Assembly: GCA_964421045.1 (NCBI GenBank)
Contig: CAYQVF010000005.1
Coordinates: forward strand, 5,567 to 69,566
Length of the DNA: 64,000 nucleotides
Direction: 5' to 3'
Source: an uncultured Chromatiaceae bacterium
GTDB lineage: Bacteria; Pseudomonadota; Gammaproteobacteria; JAADHS01
Shown in pieces: positions 40,311-50,053 of this stretch. The notes beneath the pieces are model-generated. The model was not told where the DNA came from and did no database searches. It saw nothing but the letters and a program-made list of their open reading frames with translations. Each line of letters starts with the position of its first letter. Within the stretch, counting starts at the first letter, position 1. Made by a program: the position numbers and the translations under genes.

Positions 40311-42086
40311 TTATAAAGAAGACCAAATTGTGTCAAAATCCCCTGATTCTTCAAAGTTATTTTTGTCTTGTTCTTTGTTGAGAGAGGTTGTTGTATATTG
40401 AAATTGTTTAAACCATTTGTTGGATTGTATGAGCCTTGAAAGCTGAATGAGTGTTTCACCTTTGTTTTGATGTAATAATACCGTATTTCCTGTATGAAAA
40501 AATGAAGACGTCATGATGGTTTCAGGCCGGTTTATCGCCTTTATCGTGGGTAGTATTAAAGCATAGCTGAAGTCTTCTGTTTGTTTGCTTTCCTGTTTTA
40601 ATTTAATTCGTACCGCTTCTGCTGTTGGTGTTAACACTTCTGCGCCCATAATAACAATAGCGTCCTCTTTTTTCATCCAACGAATGATGCATAGTGTGTA
40701 ATTTTGTGGTTGGTCTGGGGATTCAACAACACAGAGCAAATCATCGACATTTAATGGCACATGTTCTTTTTGCTCCCAGAGTAAGCAGTACCCTCCCGCG
40801 CTTTCATCTATTTTTTTGAGCAGATAGCGGTACTCTGGCGTGCCTATTGTGTCTGGTGAGTCTGGGCTCAAGTCATCGTTTATTGTTGCTGTAGCTTGTA
40901 CACGTTGGCCAAAGTCCCACAGGGTGTTTTTTTGACCATGGAGAGGGTCAGGTGTTGTTTCTTTTGCTGAAAAAACAGCAGGACGTTGCCAGTTGTTATT
41001 TTCATTTGAAAGATTAGAGATATAACGATGTATCGAGGATAATCCTATAGAGACTTCAACTGAACTTGATTTTTTGTGTCGGGGGAATTGGCGTTTTGAT
41101 AATAGCTCCCAGGAGAGCAGCAAGCGTTTTAATGTCGTTTTCGACAGGGCTCGGGTTGCTTCTTCTTGCTCTCCAACGTGTAAATGACCGGCTTGGTCGG
41201 TAGAAAGCAATGACGACTCCCTTATTCTTTTTGTTAGTAATGAGGTGTCTAATATTAAACACGGTTCATTTTCAAGGTCAAGCTGACTATGGAAGCGAGG
41301 TGGGTGATCTTTGTTGGGGTTGACAGCGAACAGACCGGAGGCTTGTGTGTCTGTATGTGATTCACTGAGCTTGCAAAAAGGAGCCCAGTATTTAAGTGAA
41401 TGTTGAATGTTCAGAGTGTCTTCCTGCGAGAGTTGATAAGGGTTGGCCAGTGCAAGAAGGAGTGTCTGTAGATAGATATTGTCTATCGTTTTTGTTTTGT
41501 CTTTGCGAAGATGGCGTGTAGTGACTACGTCAGTATTTAGATTATGAGTACGCGCGAAAGAATACAGTGTGTGTAATTCCAGCCATAACAGAGGCGGTGC
41601 GGAAGTATATACCAGATATTCATTAGTTAAAGTTTGGTGCATATGAAGCAAGGTATGGTAGATCGACGGTAATAGTAGAGACTTGCTGGTAAATAAGCCG
41701 CCATGATTGTGGATGAGGTCGATGATGATTTTATAGCCCGTCGTTAATTCTGTTAATATTTCTCTGGCAAGGTGTGCAACTTTAATATTCTTCATGGAAA
41801 GTGTTGCCGAAACGTGGGTGTATTTTCCTTGTAAGGACGCGATGATCTCTTCTATGGCGGGGGTTATTTTTTGCAGAAAATAAAATCGTTCTTGATTTGG
41901 AATAATGGTGCTGTTGGTTTCGCGCAAGGCATGGTAAATATGCCGGCTCAGTTCCCCTATGTGCGCACGTGGCAGGTTGTTGTACCATTCATCAACATGC
42001 TTGGCCTGAGTGTTAAAACGAGAGGTTTTAACTGGCTTTTTTTGTTCCGGTACATTGAGCATTAATGGCTTTCCAGTTGTGGCCAC
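40311..42086 (-). CDS. Conserved hypothetical cytoplasmic protein (helical N-part, beta-rich C-part)
   Basis: Long ORF; LLLALANPYQL, RQFPRH, DESAGGYCL; GTG start with GGAGG. Confidence 0.65.
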   Translation of the reverse strand: MATTGKPLMLNVPEQKKPVKTSRFNTQAKHVDEWYNNLPRAHIGELSRHIYHALRETNSTIIPNQERFYFLQKITPAIEEIIASLQGKYTHVSATLSMKNIKVAHLAREILTELTTGYKIIIDLIHNHGGLFTSKSLLLPSIYHTLLHMHQTLTNEYLVYTSAPPLLWLELHTLYSFARTHNLNTDVVTTRHLRKDKTKTIDNIYLQTLLLALANPYQLSQEDTLNIQHSLKYWAPFCKLSESHTDTQASGLFAVNPNKDHPPRFHSQLDLENEPCLILDTSLLTKRIRESSLLSTDQAGHLHVGEQEEATRALSKTTLKRLLLSWELLSKRQFPRHKKSSSVEVSIGLSSIHRYISNLSNENNNWQRPAVFSAKETTPDPLHGQKNTLWDFGQRVQATATINDDLSPDSPDTIGTPEYRYLLKKIDESAGGYCLLWEQKEHVPLNVDDLLCVVESPDQPQNYTLCIIRWMKKEDAIVIMGAEVLTPTAEAVRIKLKQESKQTEDFSYALILPTIKAINRPETIMTSSFFHTGNTVLLHQNKGETLIQLSRLIQSNKWFKQFQYTTTSLNKEQDKNNFEESGDFDTIWSSL

Positions 42087-42234
42087 TATAAACCTCCGCT
42101 GTTTTGACTCTCTGGTTTCTGATAAAATGATGTCTTTGATAAAGGATATAATCGACCAATAAGCTATTTTGTTTAAGAAAATATAAAATTTTAGCAAACA
42201 TTCAAGCCCAGTGCCGATCGCACCGATATGTTTC

Positions 42235-42477
42235 TATACTTATAGTGTATGAGTTTAGGTGTTAGCGCGTGCAAATGTGCCTTGGATTCGGTTTTTCCGA
42301 CTGGCGACTGCGTAGATGTAGGAGATGGCATCCAAGGAGCCGGGTATAAATACTCTTCATCGTGGATCAACTGCGTTTTTTAGGAGAAAGGTAACGCAGA
42401 AGCAGTTTATCGAGAAAAAGCCGAAGATGAATGCAGGTGGACGTGAAAATGCCTTAATTCATAACGCCATGGGTTTA
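42235..42477. mobile_element. Family-A element with nested family-B end
   Basis: Collinear with 13654-13872 except for a ~39 bp insert at ~42350-42388. Confidence 0.8.
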
Positions 42478-42521
42478 TAGTCGTTTTATGAAATTATTGA
42501 ACAACTGGGAGTGATAATAGA

Positions 42522-44225
42522 TTGTTAAATACGGCTTCCACTTTTCGTTTAGAGCAATCATTGTGTATTGGTTTTATAGCTAATCGCCACTCCTCAAGTA
42601 AAATAATCAGTGGTATGCTGGTTAAGTCGGGGCATCATATCGATACTTTTTTGGGTCTCCAGGAGGCTCTGCCTCAAGTGACCACGGGGAAGTATGACCT
42701 TATATTGATTATGGTCGAAAAGGGGGCAGAGGCTAAACAGTGTGAAGAGTTGATTAGCTTTGTTCGTCAGCAAAAAACTCCTGAAATATATAGCATACCT
42801 TTAGTCGTTATTACCGAATTTGATAGTGCGACGACCCTCGAAAATTTGTTTCTGGCGGGGGCAAGTGATGTCATTGTTTTGCCCATTAGTGAAGCAGAAT
42901 TACACAATAAACTGCATCAGGTTATTTTTTTGGTTCCGGAATCTATTTTTGAAGGTCGTCGAAGTGAGAAAGAGCGATTAAAAACTGAGGATGTAAGCGA
43001 GTCGGGCAAGTTAACTAAGAAAAATGCAAAGCCATCAAGGAGGGTGGGCTGGTATATTGTTGTTTTCTTAGGGCTGGTTCTTGGGTTGATGGCGATTATC
43101 AATATGGGTAATCGCACGCAGGCACCAGAGCGAAAAGACCATACTGTTCAAGAAACGGCGGCTAAAAAAGAAGTTAAAGAGGTTGTCAGTCAGCCAGAAA
43201 TCGTCATCAAACCTGCCGTTGAACAACCAAAAGAAGTACGTAAGACGGCCATTTTAATCTCAACAGTACGTCCTGAGCTCGGTAGTCTGATTCAAAATAT
43301 GGACTTTTTTGGGCGAGTAGTGGGTGAAAAGCAATGGGCAGTTCGCTCAAAGATTTCCGGAAAAATAGCCCGTGTTTTTGTTGATGTTGGAGAGCGAGTT
43401 TCTAAAAATCAGGTGATTGCCGTTCTGGAAAGCAAGAAGGCGGTGGCCGAGTTAAAAAATGTCCAAATTAGTTTGGGCAAAGCAAAGGCCTTCTTACAGC
43501 TTGCGACGGATAAATATGAGACAACGCTTGAGCGTTACCGTCAAGGACAAGGTAACAAGCCGCGTCTGCGTGAGGCTGAAGTGTCTCAAAATAATGCAAA
43601 AACGGAGCAAAAGATGGCCGAGAAAGCCTACAAAAATGCCCGTATAGCATTGGAAAGTACAAGAATTACTGCGAAATTTGACGGAGTTATATCCTCGGTA
43701 TTTTTTGAAAAAAACCAGGTGGTAAATAAGGACGATATTTTGTTTGACCTGGAAGCGTTGTCAAAAAAAAGGGTGGAATTCTTTTTAGAAGCAAAACAAA
43801 AGCCTGATATTGCTGTAAATAATAGTGTGACCGTATTTACTGATAGGGATGAAAGCGCGTCCCTATCCTGGGGTGAGAAAATTGTGGCAGTTGAACCGGT
43901 AGTGAATGCATTAGGCGTCACCTCAGCATGGCGAGTTCAATTGACACTGACAAACGATCGTTTGCGTTATGGTCAGCAAGTGCATATCAACTTACCCATT
44001 ATTGAAAAAAAAGCGGTTGTTAAAGTTCATATAAACAGTGTAATCAATAAAAAAACCCAACCGTTCATACCCATAAACAATAAGGGTGTGGTTAAATATC
44101 AACCTGTTAAACTAGGTTTGCAGGTGGGGGACTATGTGGAAATAAAGCAAGGGTTAGTGCTTGATGATGAAATCATTGTATCTCCAGAGTTGCTTGACGA
44201 AGGGGTGTCAGTGAAAACCCATTGA
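42522..44225 (+). CDS. Degenerate receiver domain + TM + periplasmic membrane-fusion (adaptor) protein
   Basis: YDLILI/IPLVVIT/AGASD receiver pattern; TM; VRSKISGKIARVFVDVGERV and ITAKFDGVI lipoyl halves; VKLG...VEIKQGL...D. Confidence 0.8.
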   Translation: MLNTASTFRLEQSLCIGFIANRHSSSKIISGMLVKSGHHIDTFLGLQEALPQVTTGKYDLILIMVEKGAEAKQCEELISFVRQQKTPEIYSIPLVVITEFDSATTLENLFLAGASDVIVLPISEAELHNKLHQVIFLVPESIFEGRRSEKERLKTEDVSESGKLTKKNAKPSRRVGWYIVVFLGLVLGLMAIINMGNRTQAPERKDHTVQETAAKKEVKEVVSQPEIVIKPAVEQPKEVRKTAILISTVRPELGSLIQNMDFFGRVVGEKQWAVRSKISGKIARVFVDVGERVSKNQVIAVLESKKAVAELKNVQISLGKAKAFLQLATDKYETTLERYRQGQGNKPRLREAEVSQNNAKTEQKMAEKAYKNARIALESTRITAKFDGVISSVFFEKNQVVNKDDILFDLEALSKKRVEFFLEAKQKPDIAVNNSVTVFTDRDESASLSWGEKIVAVEPVVNALGVTSAWRVQLTLTNDRLRYGQQVHINLPIIEKKAVVKVHINSVINKKTQPFIPINNKGVVKYQPVKLGLQVGDYVEIKQGLVLDDEIIVSPELLDEGVSVKTH

Positions 44226-44438
44226 GCCTAAAGTTTTACACTGAATCAGCCGAAAACAAATTGAAATCGCATATAAAATTGATGCATGCTCTGACCAGGT
44301 GAACTTGTAATGAGGCGTTATTAGCGTAGCGACCTACTGCATGGGTGCTTAAGTGAGCGCATGAAATCGTCTGCTAATTGCATGGATGGCTATTGGATTC
44401 GCTCGTCTTTGCTGTTTGGTTGGATATGCTTGATTAAA

Positions 44439-44628
44439 CTTAGAATCCGCAGTTGGACGAGTTGAGGTGTTGCAGGTCAAGGCGTTACAACGCAGAGATG
44501 CAGCATTACAAAGGTGCAATTCAGCTCGTAGCGTGGCTCACCCCATGGGTGAAAAAATAAAGCAACGGTGGCAGCTTACATTACAGTTAGTTACATCTTA
44601 ATTGCGAGCGGTCAACTACGGATCTAGG
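44439..44628. mobile_element. Family-B MITE with 5-bp TTAAA duplication
   Basis: CTTAGAATCCGCAGTTG...CAACTACGGATCTAGG, flanked by TTAAA at 44434-38 and 44629-33. Confidence 0.75.
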
Positions 44629-44657
44629 TTAAATAACAAGGGAGTTGTTTATAAGCT

Positions 44658-45527
44658 ATGATTCAAGCACGTGCTTTACGTCTGGTAGACGGCGTTTCAG
44701 ATTTAATTGCTTTACCCGAAGTCAGTCTCAAGGTTAATGAGTTAGTTGATGATCCTACCTCGTCGGCCGCCGATATGGCTCAAGTCATTAGCCTGGATGC
44801 GGCCATAACAGCAAAATTGCTGAAAGTTGCTAACAGTTCTTTTTATCGCTTTCCATCAAAAATTGATACGGTATCCAGAGCGGTGACGATCATTGGAACG
44901 AGAGAGCTTAGATTTTTGGTTTTAGCCAGTTCCGCTGTGCGTTCATTTGACAAAATAAATAATAAAAACATTGATATTGCTTCGTTTTGGCGCCACAGTG
45001 TTTATACTGCGGTTGTTGCGCGACTGCTCGCGACTAAATGCAATATATTACATAAAGAGCGACTTTTTGTCTGTGGCTTGCTTCACGATGTGGGTCGGCT
45101 AGTCATGTCGCATCGTATCCCTGATCTTGTGCAAGTGATGCAGTATCGAGCAGAGACGGCCAATATTCCAAGATATAAGGCTGAGCAGAGTGTCTATGAA
45201 ATCGATCATGCTCTCGTTGGCGCCGAGTTACTCAAATCATGGGGCTTGCCGGAAAGTTTGCAAGAAGCGATTAAGCATCACCACGAACCTGAAAAAGCAA
45301 CGGATTTTATGCTAGAAACTTCAATCGTGCATATTGCCAACAGTCTTGGCAAGTTGGGAGAATTGGGTGGTACCGACTTAAGTCAGTGTCCGATGATTTC
45401 GCCTGTTGCATGGGAGGTGACGAAGTTATCGCCAGAGGTTGTAGAATCTGTTTTGCAGGAGGCACGAGCACAATTTTTGGAAGCGCTATTGTTATTTTTG
45501 CCCGGCGTTGCTGTAGCAGCGAATTGA
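44658..45527 (+). CDS. HDOD domain protein
   Basis: LPEV, LLKVANSSFY, FWRHS, GLLHDVG, DHALVGA, WGLP, HHEP. Confidence 0.92.
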   Translation: MIQARALRLVDGVSDLIALPEVSLKVNELVDDPTSSAADMAQVISLDAAITAKLLKVANSSFYRFPSKIDTVSRAVTIIGTRELRFLVLASSAVRSFDKINNKNIDIASFWRHSVYTAVVARLLATKCNILHKERLFVCGLLHDVGRLVMSHRIPDLVQVMQYRAETANIPRYKAEQSVYEIDHALVGAELLKSWGLPESLQEAIKHHHEPEKATDFMLETSIVHIANSLGKLGELGGTDLSQCPMISPVAWEVTKLSPEVVESVLQEARAQFLEALLLFLPGVAVAAN

Positions 45528-45539
45528 TATTGGAGAAAA

Positions 45540-45968
45540 ATGGTGGCAATACAGTTAGATCAGGCCAGGCTCACTAATTTAAGGTGGTTGATTCGCCAGG
45601 AAGGATCGGTAACGCAACTGGCGGCAAAGCTCACTATTTCACCCATTTATATTTTTAATGTATTGGATGGTCAATTTACTATTGGTGATGCGCTTGCCCG
45701 AAAAATAGAAGGCATTTATGGCTATTCACGAGGTTGGATGGACGGCAGTAATGATATTAAAATCAGCGCCGAAGCAGTGGTTCCTGTTCTAACGCTTGAC
45801 CAGGCAAGGCAGCCTGCACAAAATGAAGGTGGCAATGAATTGCTCTCAGATTTCATGAGCACTTTCGAGGATGCCGCTGTTGAAAATGGGCTAAATTTAA
45901 CGCCAGAGCAAAAAGAAAAATACTTGTTGGATACCGAGAAAAGTGTTTCTGACAAAAAGCAAAAATAA
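45540..45968 (+). CDS. CI-repressor-like HTH protein lacking the S24 domain
   Basis: RLTNLRWLI...IGDALARKIE...GWMD. Confidence 0.7.
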   Translation: MVAIQLDQARLTNLRWLIRQEGSVTQLAAKLTISPIYIFNVLDGQFTIGDALARKIEGIYGYSRGWMDGSNDIKISAEAVVPVLTLDQARQPAQNEGGNELLSDFMSTFEDAAVENGLNLTPEQKEKYLLDTEKSVSDKKQK

Positions 45969-45969
45969 T

Positions 45970-46194
45970 ATGAATGAAGTTAGGTTCAGATTAAATATTG
46001 CTGCACATGAATATGAAGCATACTATGCTGGTAGAGTAAAAAATGTAGTGGTCACCATGCCAAATGGAAGTCATTTACAGTTCCCCGCGTCTAATCTAAG
46101 AGCTTATTCTCGCCATGATGGTGTGCATGGCGAATTTGTTCTGCGGTTTGATGACAGCAATAAACTCATTGATTTGTTGCGGTTAGCGGATTGA
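45970..46194 (+). CDS. DUF2835 family protein
   Basis: YYAGRVKNVVV...LQFPASNLR...GVHGEF...NK. Confidence 0.8.
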   Translation: MNEVRFRLNIAAHEYEAYYAGRVKNVVVTMPNGSHLQFPASNLRAYSRHDGVHGEFVLRFDDSNKLIDLLRLAD

Positions 46195-46236
46195 GCTTTC
46201 TCCCTGGTACATTGTCAAAATAGCTTTGACGGTGTA

Positions 46237-47331
46237 TTAGAGGCTCAGCATGTTTTTAACAATTTGTTTGGCGCCATCGAAGGTGTCAGGTTCACAAAAT
46301 ACAGGGTATTTTTGCGTTGTTAATGCAGAAAATTCTGTTTGAAAGTGCCCCTGGAAGAGTTGTTCGCGAGTGATTTTTTGGCATAAACCGTTTATTTCTA
46401 ACCAAGAGACTAAAAATGACTCTTCTGGCCAATCGCCACGTTTTACATACAGCACCGGTTTTTTATTGCAGGCCGCTTCAGTGAAAATACCATACCCTGG
46501 TTTGGTGATCACACAATCCACCGAACACAGCAAATCAATATAGCTATAAGAAAATTGATCTATAGCGATCAAATCCTCACGTTTGCATTCTGTTGTGTCT
46601 GGCACCAGCCATATTTGCCCTGGGTAACTTGGCCATTGATCAAAAGGAAGGTTGGTTTTGACTCCGCCAAGCGCAACTAGAGTTAACTGGGTATCTGTTA
46701 CATTCATCTCTTTTAGTAAATGGTCTTTAACTGACTGACCTCGTTGAGCAATGGGGTGAACCTGTATTGAGTTTTCAAGCCAGTTCATTGGCATGCCAGG
46801 TGTTATTTTGTAAAAACGGTCAGCGGCATTGTAACTGTTTTGTATTTGTTGATAAATGTCGTCTGCAGTTGAGTTGTTTTTACAGTAAGAATAAAAAATA
46901 TCAGCCCAGTTTAGAGAGCACATTGCAATACAGGGGTAAGTGCTATTTTGAGTGGCAAGCAAGGGTAAATAAGCAATATTTGAAATCAATAAGTCGGGGG
47001 ATAAGGCGTCAAAAAAGAGCTTACAGGCGTGTTTCTGTTTCTCCCAATGTTGGTGTAAGTATTGGTACTGGATCATGCTTTTTTTAGCGAGAACATCAAG
47101 GCTTGAAGCCATCATCATGCCAAAGTCCCATGATCGCTCTATATGCCGACAGCCGGGTAGTCGTTGTTTGATGATGGAGGGTGAAATCCCAGAAACAACG
47201 GTAATTTTAGCATGAGGAATCAAGCGCAGCAGTTCCTTTATAACCGGTATCGTTTGGGCTAAATGACCCAGGCCATGTGCAGAAACAGTAAATACAAAAT
47301 GGGGTTTGTTCGAGTTCATATATCTGTCCAA
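46237..47331 (-). CDS. GT-B fold glycosyltransferase-like protein
   Basis: SAHGLGH, ITKPGYG, RGDWPEE. Confidence 0.8.
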   Translation of the reverse strand: MDRYMNSNKPHFVFTVSAHGLGHLAQTIPVIKELLRLIPHAKITVVSGISPSIIKQRLPGCRHIERSWDFGMMMASSLDVLAKKSMIQYQYLHQHWEKQKHACKLFFDALSPDLLISNIAYLPLLATQNSTYPCIAMCSLNWADIFYSYCKNNSTADDIYQQIQNSYNAADRFYKITPGMPMNWLENSIQVHPIAQRGQSVKDHLLKEMNVTDTQLTLVALGGVKTNLPFDQWPSYPGQIWLVPDTTECKREDLIAIDQFSYSYIDLLCSVDCVITKPGYGIFTEAACNKKPVLYVKRGDWPEESFLVSWLEINGLCQKITREQLFQGHFQTEFSALTTQKYPVFCEPDTFDGAKQIVKNMLSL

Positions 47332-47458
47332 TGTGTGACGAAGATCACACTGAGAGCCTGATTGAAATATAAGATTAATGTACCATTTTTTGTGTTTTTA
47401 TACTCATCTGGGCTAGCCCTGCGTACACTTATCCAGTAAAATAGAGGCTGTATTTTGA

Positions 47459-47929
47459 GTGGAGAATGCTATGCCAATAAATGAAAGTGGGGTTCCAGAA
47501 CGCCGCATGCGTTCTGTTACAATGATTCAAAAGCTGGTTGAAGTCCGCAGCGATATGTTAAGTCTCTATAATGAATTAGCCGAAAGAAAACCCTACCATG
47601 ATGTTGGAGAAGATTTTCCCGAGGTATTGGCTGATTTTTGTGCATCATTAATTGATTACACTGCTAATGCCCATTTTCAGCTATATCGGTATTTTGCAGA
47701 AAAGAAAGAAAGGCGGCAGCGTATTATCGATGTAGCGGATAAAATTTATCCGCGTATCGTTGATATTACACAGAGTATTCTAGATTTTAATGATAAATAT
47801 GATAGTGATCAACAACGACAAAATTTATACGACCTTGAAAAAGACTTGTCTATTTTGGGTGAAGCTTTAGCCGAACGTATTGAGCTGGAAGATAACCTTA
47901 TTGATGTCTTGAGCAGTTCTGGAAAATAA
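47459..47929 (+). CDS. rsd: Rsd/AlgQ family anti-sigma-70 factor
   Basis: FCASLIDY..AHF.LY, FNDKY, LGEALAERIELED.LI. Confidence 0.88.
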   Translation: MENAMPINESGVPERRMRSVTMIQKLVEVRSDMLSLYNELAERKPYHDVGEDFPEVLADFCASLIDYTANAHFQLYRYFAEKKERRQRIIDVADKIYPRIVDITQSILDFNDKYDSDQQRQNLYDLEKDLSILGEALAERIELEDNLIDVLSSSGK

Positions 47930-47935
47930 GCTTGT

Positions 47936-50041
47936 GTGAAAGAACTGACGTATGAACAACTTTATCATCAATGTGACCTCAGTCAGCTTAATGTCAGCTC
48001 AACGGACGAGCTGAATACCTTTGATGATATTCTGGGACAGGCCAGGGCGCTGCAAGCTATTCAGTTTGGTATTGGCATGCCTCATGACGGCTATAATATC
48101 TTTGCTCTGGGTTCTCAGGGTGTGGGTAAAAAGGCGCTAATTTCTCGCATTCTTGGTCGTGAAAGAAAATCGGTGGCATTTCGTACACTGCGAGACTGGT
48201 GCTATGTACATAATTTTTCTGCCCCTCATCGGCCCTTAAAACTTTCTTTCCCTTGTGGCCAAGCCCATGCTTTTAAGGCGACTTTCGGCGCTGCAATGAA
48301 AGCATTGGATGCTGCGATTCCGGTTTTAATTAATGAAGCTGGCTATAATGTGCAGGTGAATTCTTTTTTTCAAAAGTTGAGACAGAAGCATGAAAATTCG
48401 CCAGAGGTCAGTCACTATCTTGGTGCAGTAGTAAACGATGTATTAAACAATATCGAAGGCTTTGCTAAAGATCATGATCCAAGTAAAAATGGGTATGAGC
48501 CATGTTACTTAAAAAATCGCTACCGAGTTAATGTGATAGTTGAACATGAGGCGCAGTCAGAATTACCGGTTATTTATGAAGACCATCCATCCTATCATAA
48601 TTTGATTGGTTTTTTTGAGCAGACCTCGGTGATGGGAACGGTTTCTACCGATTTTACTTTGATTCGACCTGGTGCGTTACATCAAGCTAACGGCGGTTAC
48701 CTGGTTCTTGATGCGTTAAAATTATTGCAATTTCCGCATGCTTGGGCGGCGTTAAAGCAGGCTTTACGAAGTAAGGAAATTCGTATTGAGTCGTTAGATA
48801 AAGTGCGTAATTTAAGCTGTAATGCTTCTATTGACCCGGAAGTGATCCCATTAGACATAAAGATAATATTAATGGGAGAGCGCTCTGTATATTACTCAAT
48901 TTATGAAACAGATAGCGATGTTGCTGAACTATTCAAAGTGATAGCAGATTATAACGATACTTTGGCATGGACTGCGGAGAATGAAAAGAATTATATTCAG
49001 TTGATCGTCCGGCTTATAAAGGACAATAAGCTGCTTCCTTTTTCTATGGCGGCGGTGGGTCGAATCGTCGAAGCAAGTGCGCGGTGTGCCGGTTCCAGTC
49101 GCAAACTCTCTGTCCATATGGGCGTGATTCAGGATCTATTATTCGAAGCGAATTATTGGGCTCAACAAAATAAAAACAAAATTGTCGATAAAAAAAACGT
49201 GACTGAGGCTTTAGATCAGCAGACCTTTCGTGGTGACCGGGCAAAAATGGAATATCAAGATGAAATGCTTTATCACGATATTTTAATCGACGTCTGTGGT
49301 GAGCGTGTGGGGACCCTGAATGCACTGACCATTGTAGAAAATGGCGGTACTGGTTTTGGTGTACCTTGTCGTATTACCGGTGTGACTCGCTTAGGCGAGG
49401 GAGAAATTATCAATATTGAACGTGAAATTGATATGAGTGGTGCTATCCATTCCAAAGGTGTTGCTATATTGAGTGCATTCATCGGTTCCCGGTTTGGGCA
49501 GCAACAATGGTTGTCTTTTTCTGCCAGCTTGGTTTTTGAGCAGCTATACAATGAAATAGATGGCGATAGTGCATCTTTGGCTGAACTTTGTGTCTTATTT
49601 TCCTCTTTAGCCTTGACGCCCTTTAAACAAAGTATTGCGATAACCGGATCAGTAAATCAGCATGGTGAGGTACAAGTTATTGGCGGAGTCAATCAAAAAA
49701 TTGAAGGTTTTTTTGATTTATGTCAAGAACGAGGATTGACAGGTGAGCAAGGCGTTATTATTCCTTGTGCCAATGTGGCAGATCTTATGCTGCATGATCA
49801 CCTGGTTGAAGCTGTGAAAGCCAATCAGTTTCATATTTATCCGGTGCGCTGTGTTGACGATGCTCTGGAAATATTGAGTGGCTTAGTTAGTGTTGCGATG
49901 AACGAAAATGGCGAATATGTACCCGAGACCCTTCATTATTTGATTCATCAGCGTTTGAAAAAATATTCCGAATATCGGCATGAACATGGTATAGCAGGGA
50001 AACAAAGTGACGCAGATGAATCGGATCCGCTTTATCCCTGA
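47936..50041 (+). CDS. Lon-like AAA protease (S16)
   Basis: LGQARA, PGALHQANGGYL, DGDSAS (Ser), GGVNQKIEGFF (Lys). Confidence 0.9.
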   Translation: MKELTYEQLYHQCDLSQLNVSSTDELNTFDDILGQARALQAIQFGIGMPHDGYNIFALGSQGVGKKALISRILGRERKSVAFRTLRDWCYVHNFSAPHRPLKLSFPCGQAHAFKATFGAAMKALDAAIPVLINEAGYNVQVNSFFQKLRQKHENSPEVSHYLGAVVNDVLNNIEGFAKDHDPSKNGYEPCYLKNRYRVNVIVEHEAQSELPVIYEDHPSYHNLIGFFEQTSVMGTVSTDFTLIRPGALHQANGGYLVLDALKLLQFPHAWAALKQALRSKEIRIESLDKVRNLSCNASIDPEVIPLDIKIILMGERSVYYSIYETDSDVAELFKVIADYNDTLAWTAENEKNYIQLIVRLIKDNKLLPFSMAAVGRIVEASARCAGSSRKLSVHMGVIQDLLFEANYWAQQNKNKIVDKKNVTEALDQQTFRGDRAKMEYQDEMLYHDILIDVCGERVGTLNALTIVENGGTGFGVPCRITGVTRLGEGEIINIEREIDMSGAIHSKGVAILSAFIGSRFGQQQWLSFSASLVFEQLYNEIDGDSASLAELCVLFSSLALTPFKQSIAITGSVNQHGEVQVIGGVNQKIEGFFDLCQERGLTGEQGVIIPCANVADLMLHDHLVEAVKANQFHIYPVRCVDDALEILSGLVSVAMNENGEYVPETLHYLIHQRLKKYSEYRHEHGIAGKQSDADESDPLYP

Positions 50042-50053
50042 CAGGTATACAGG

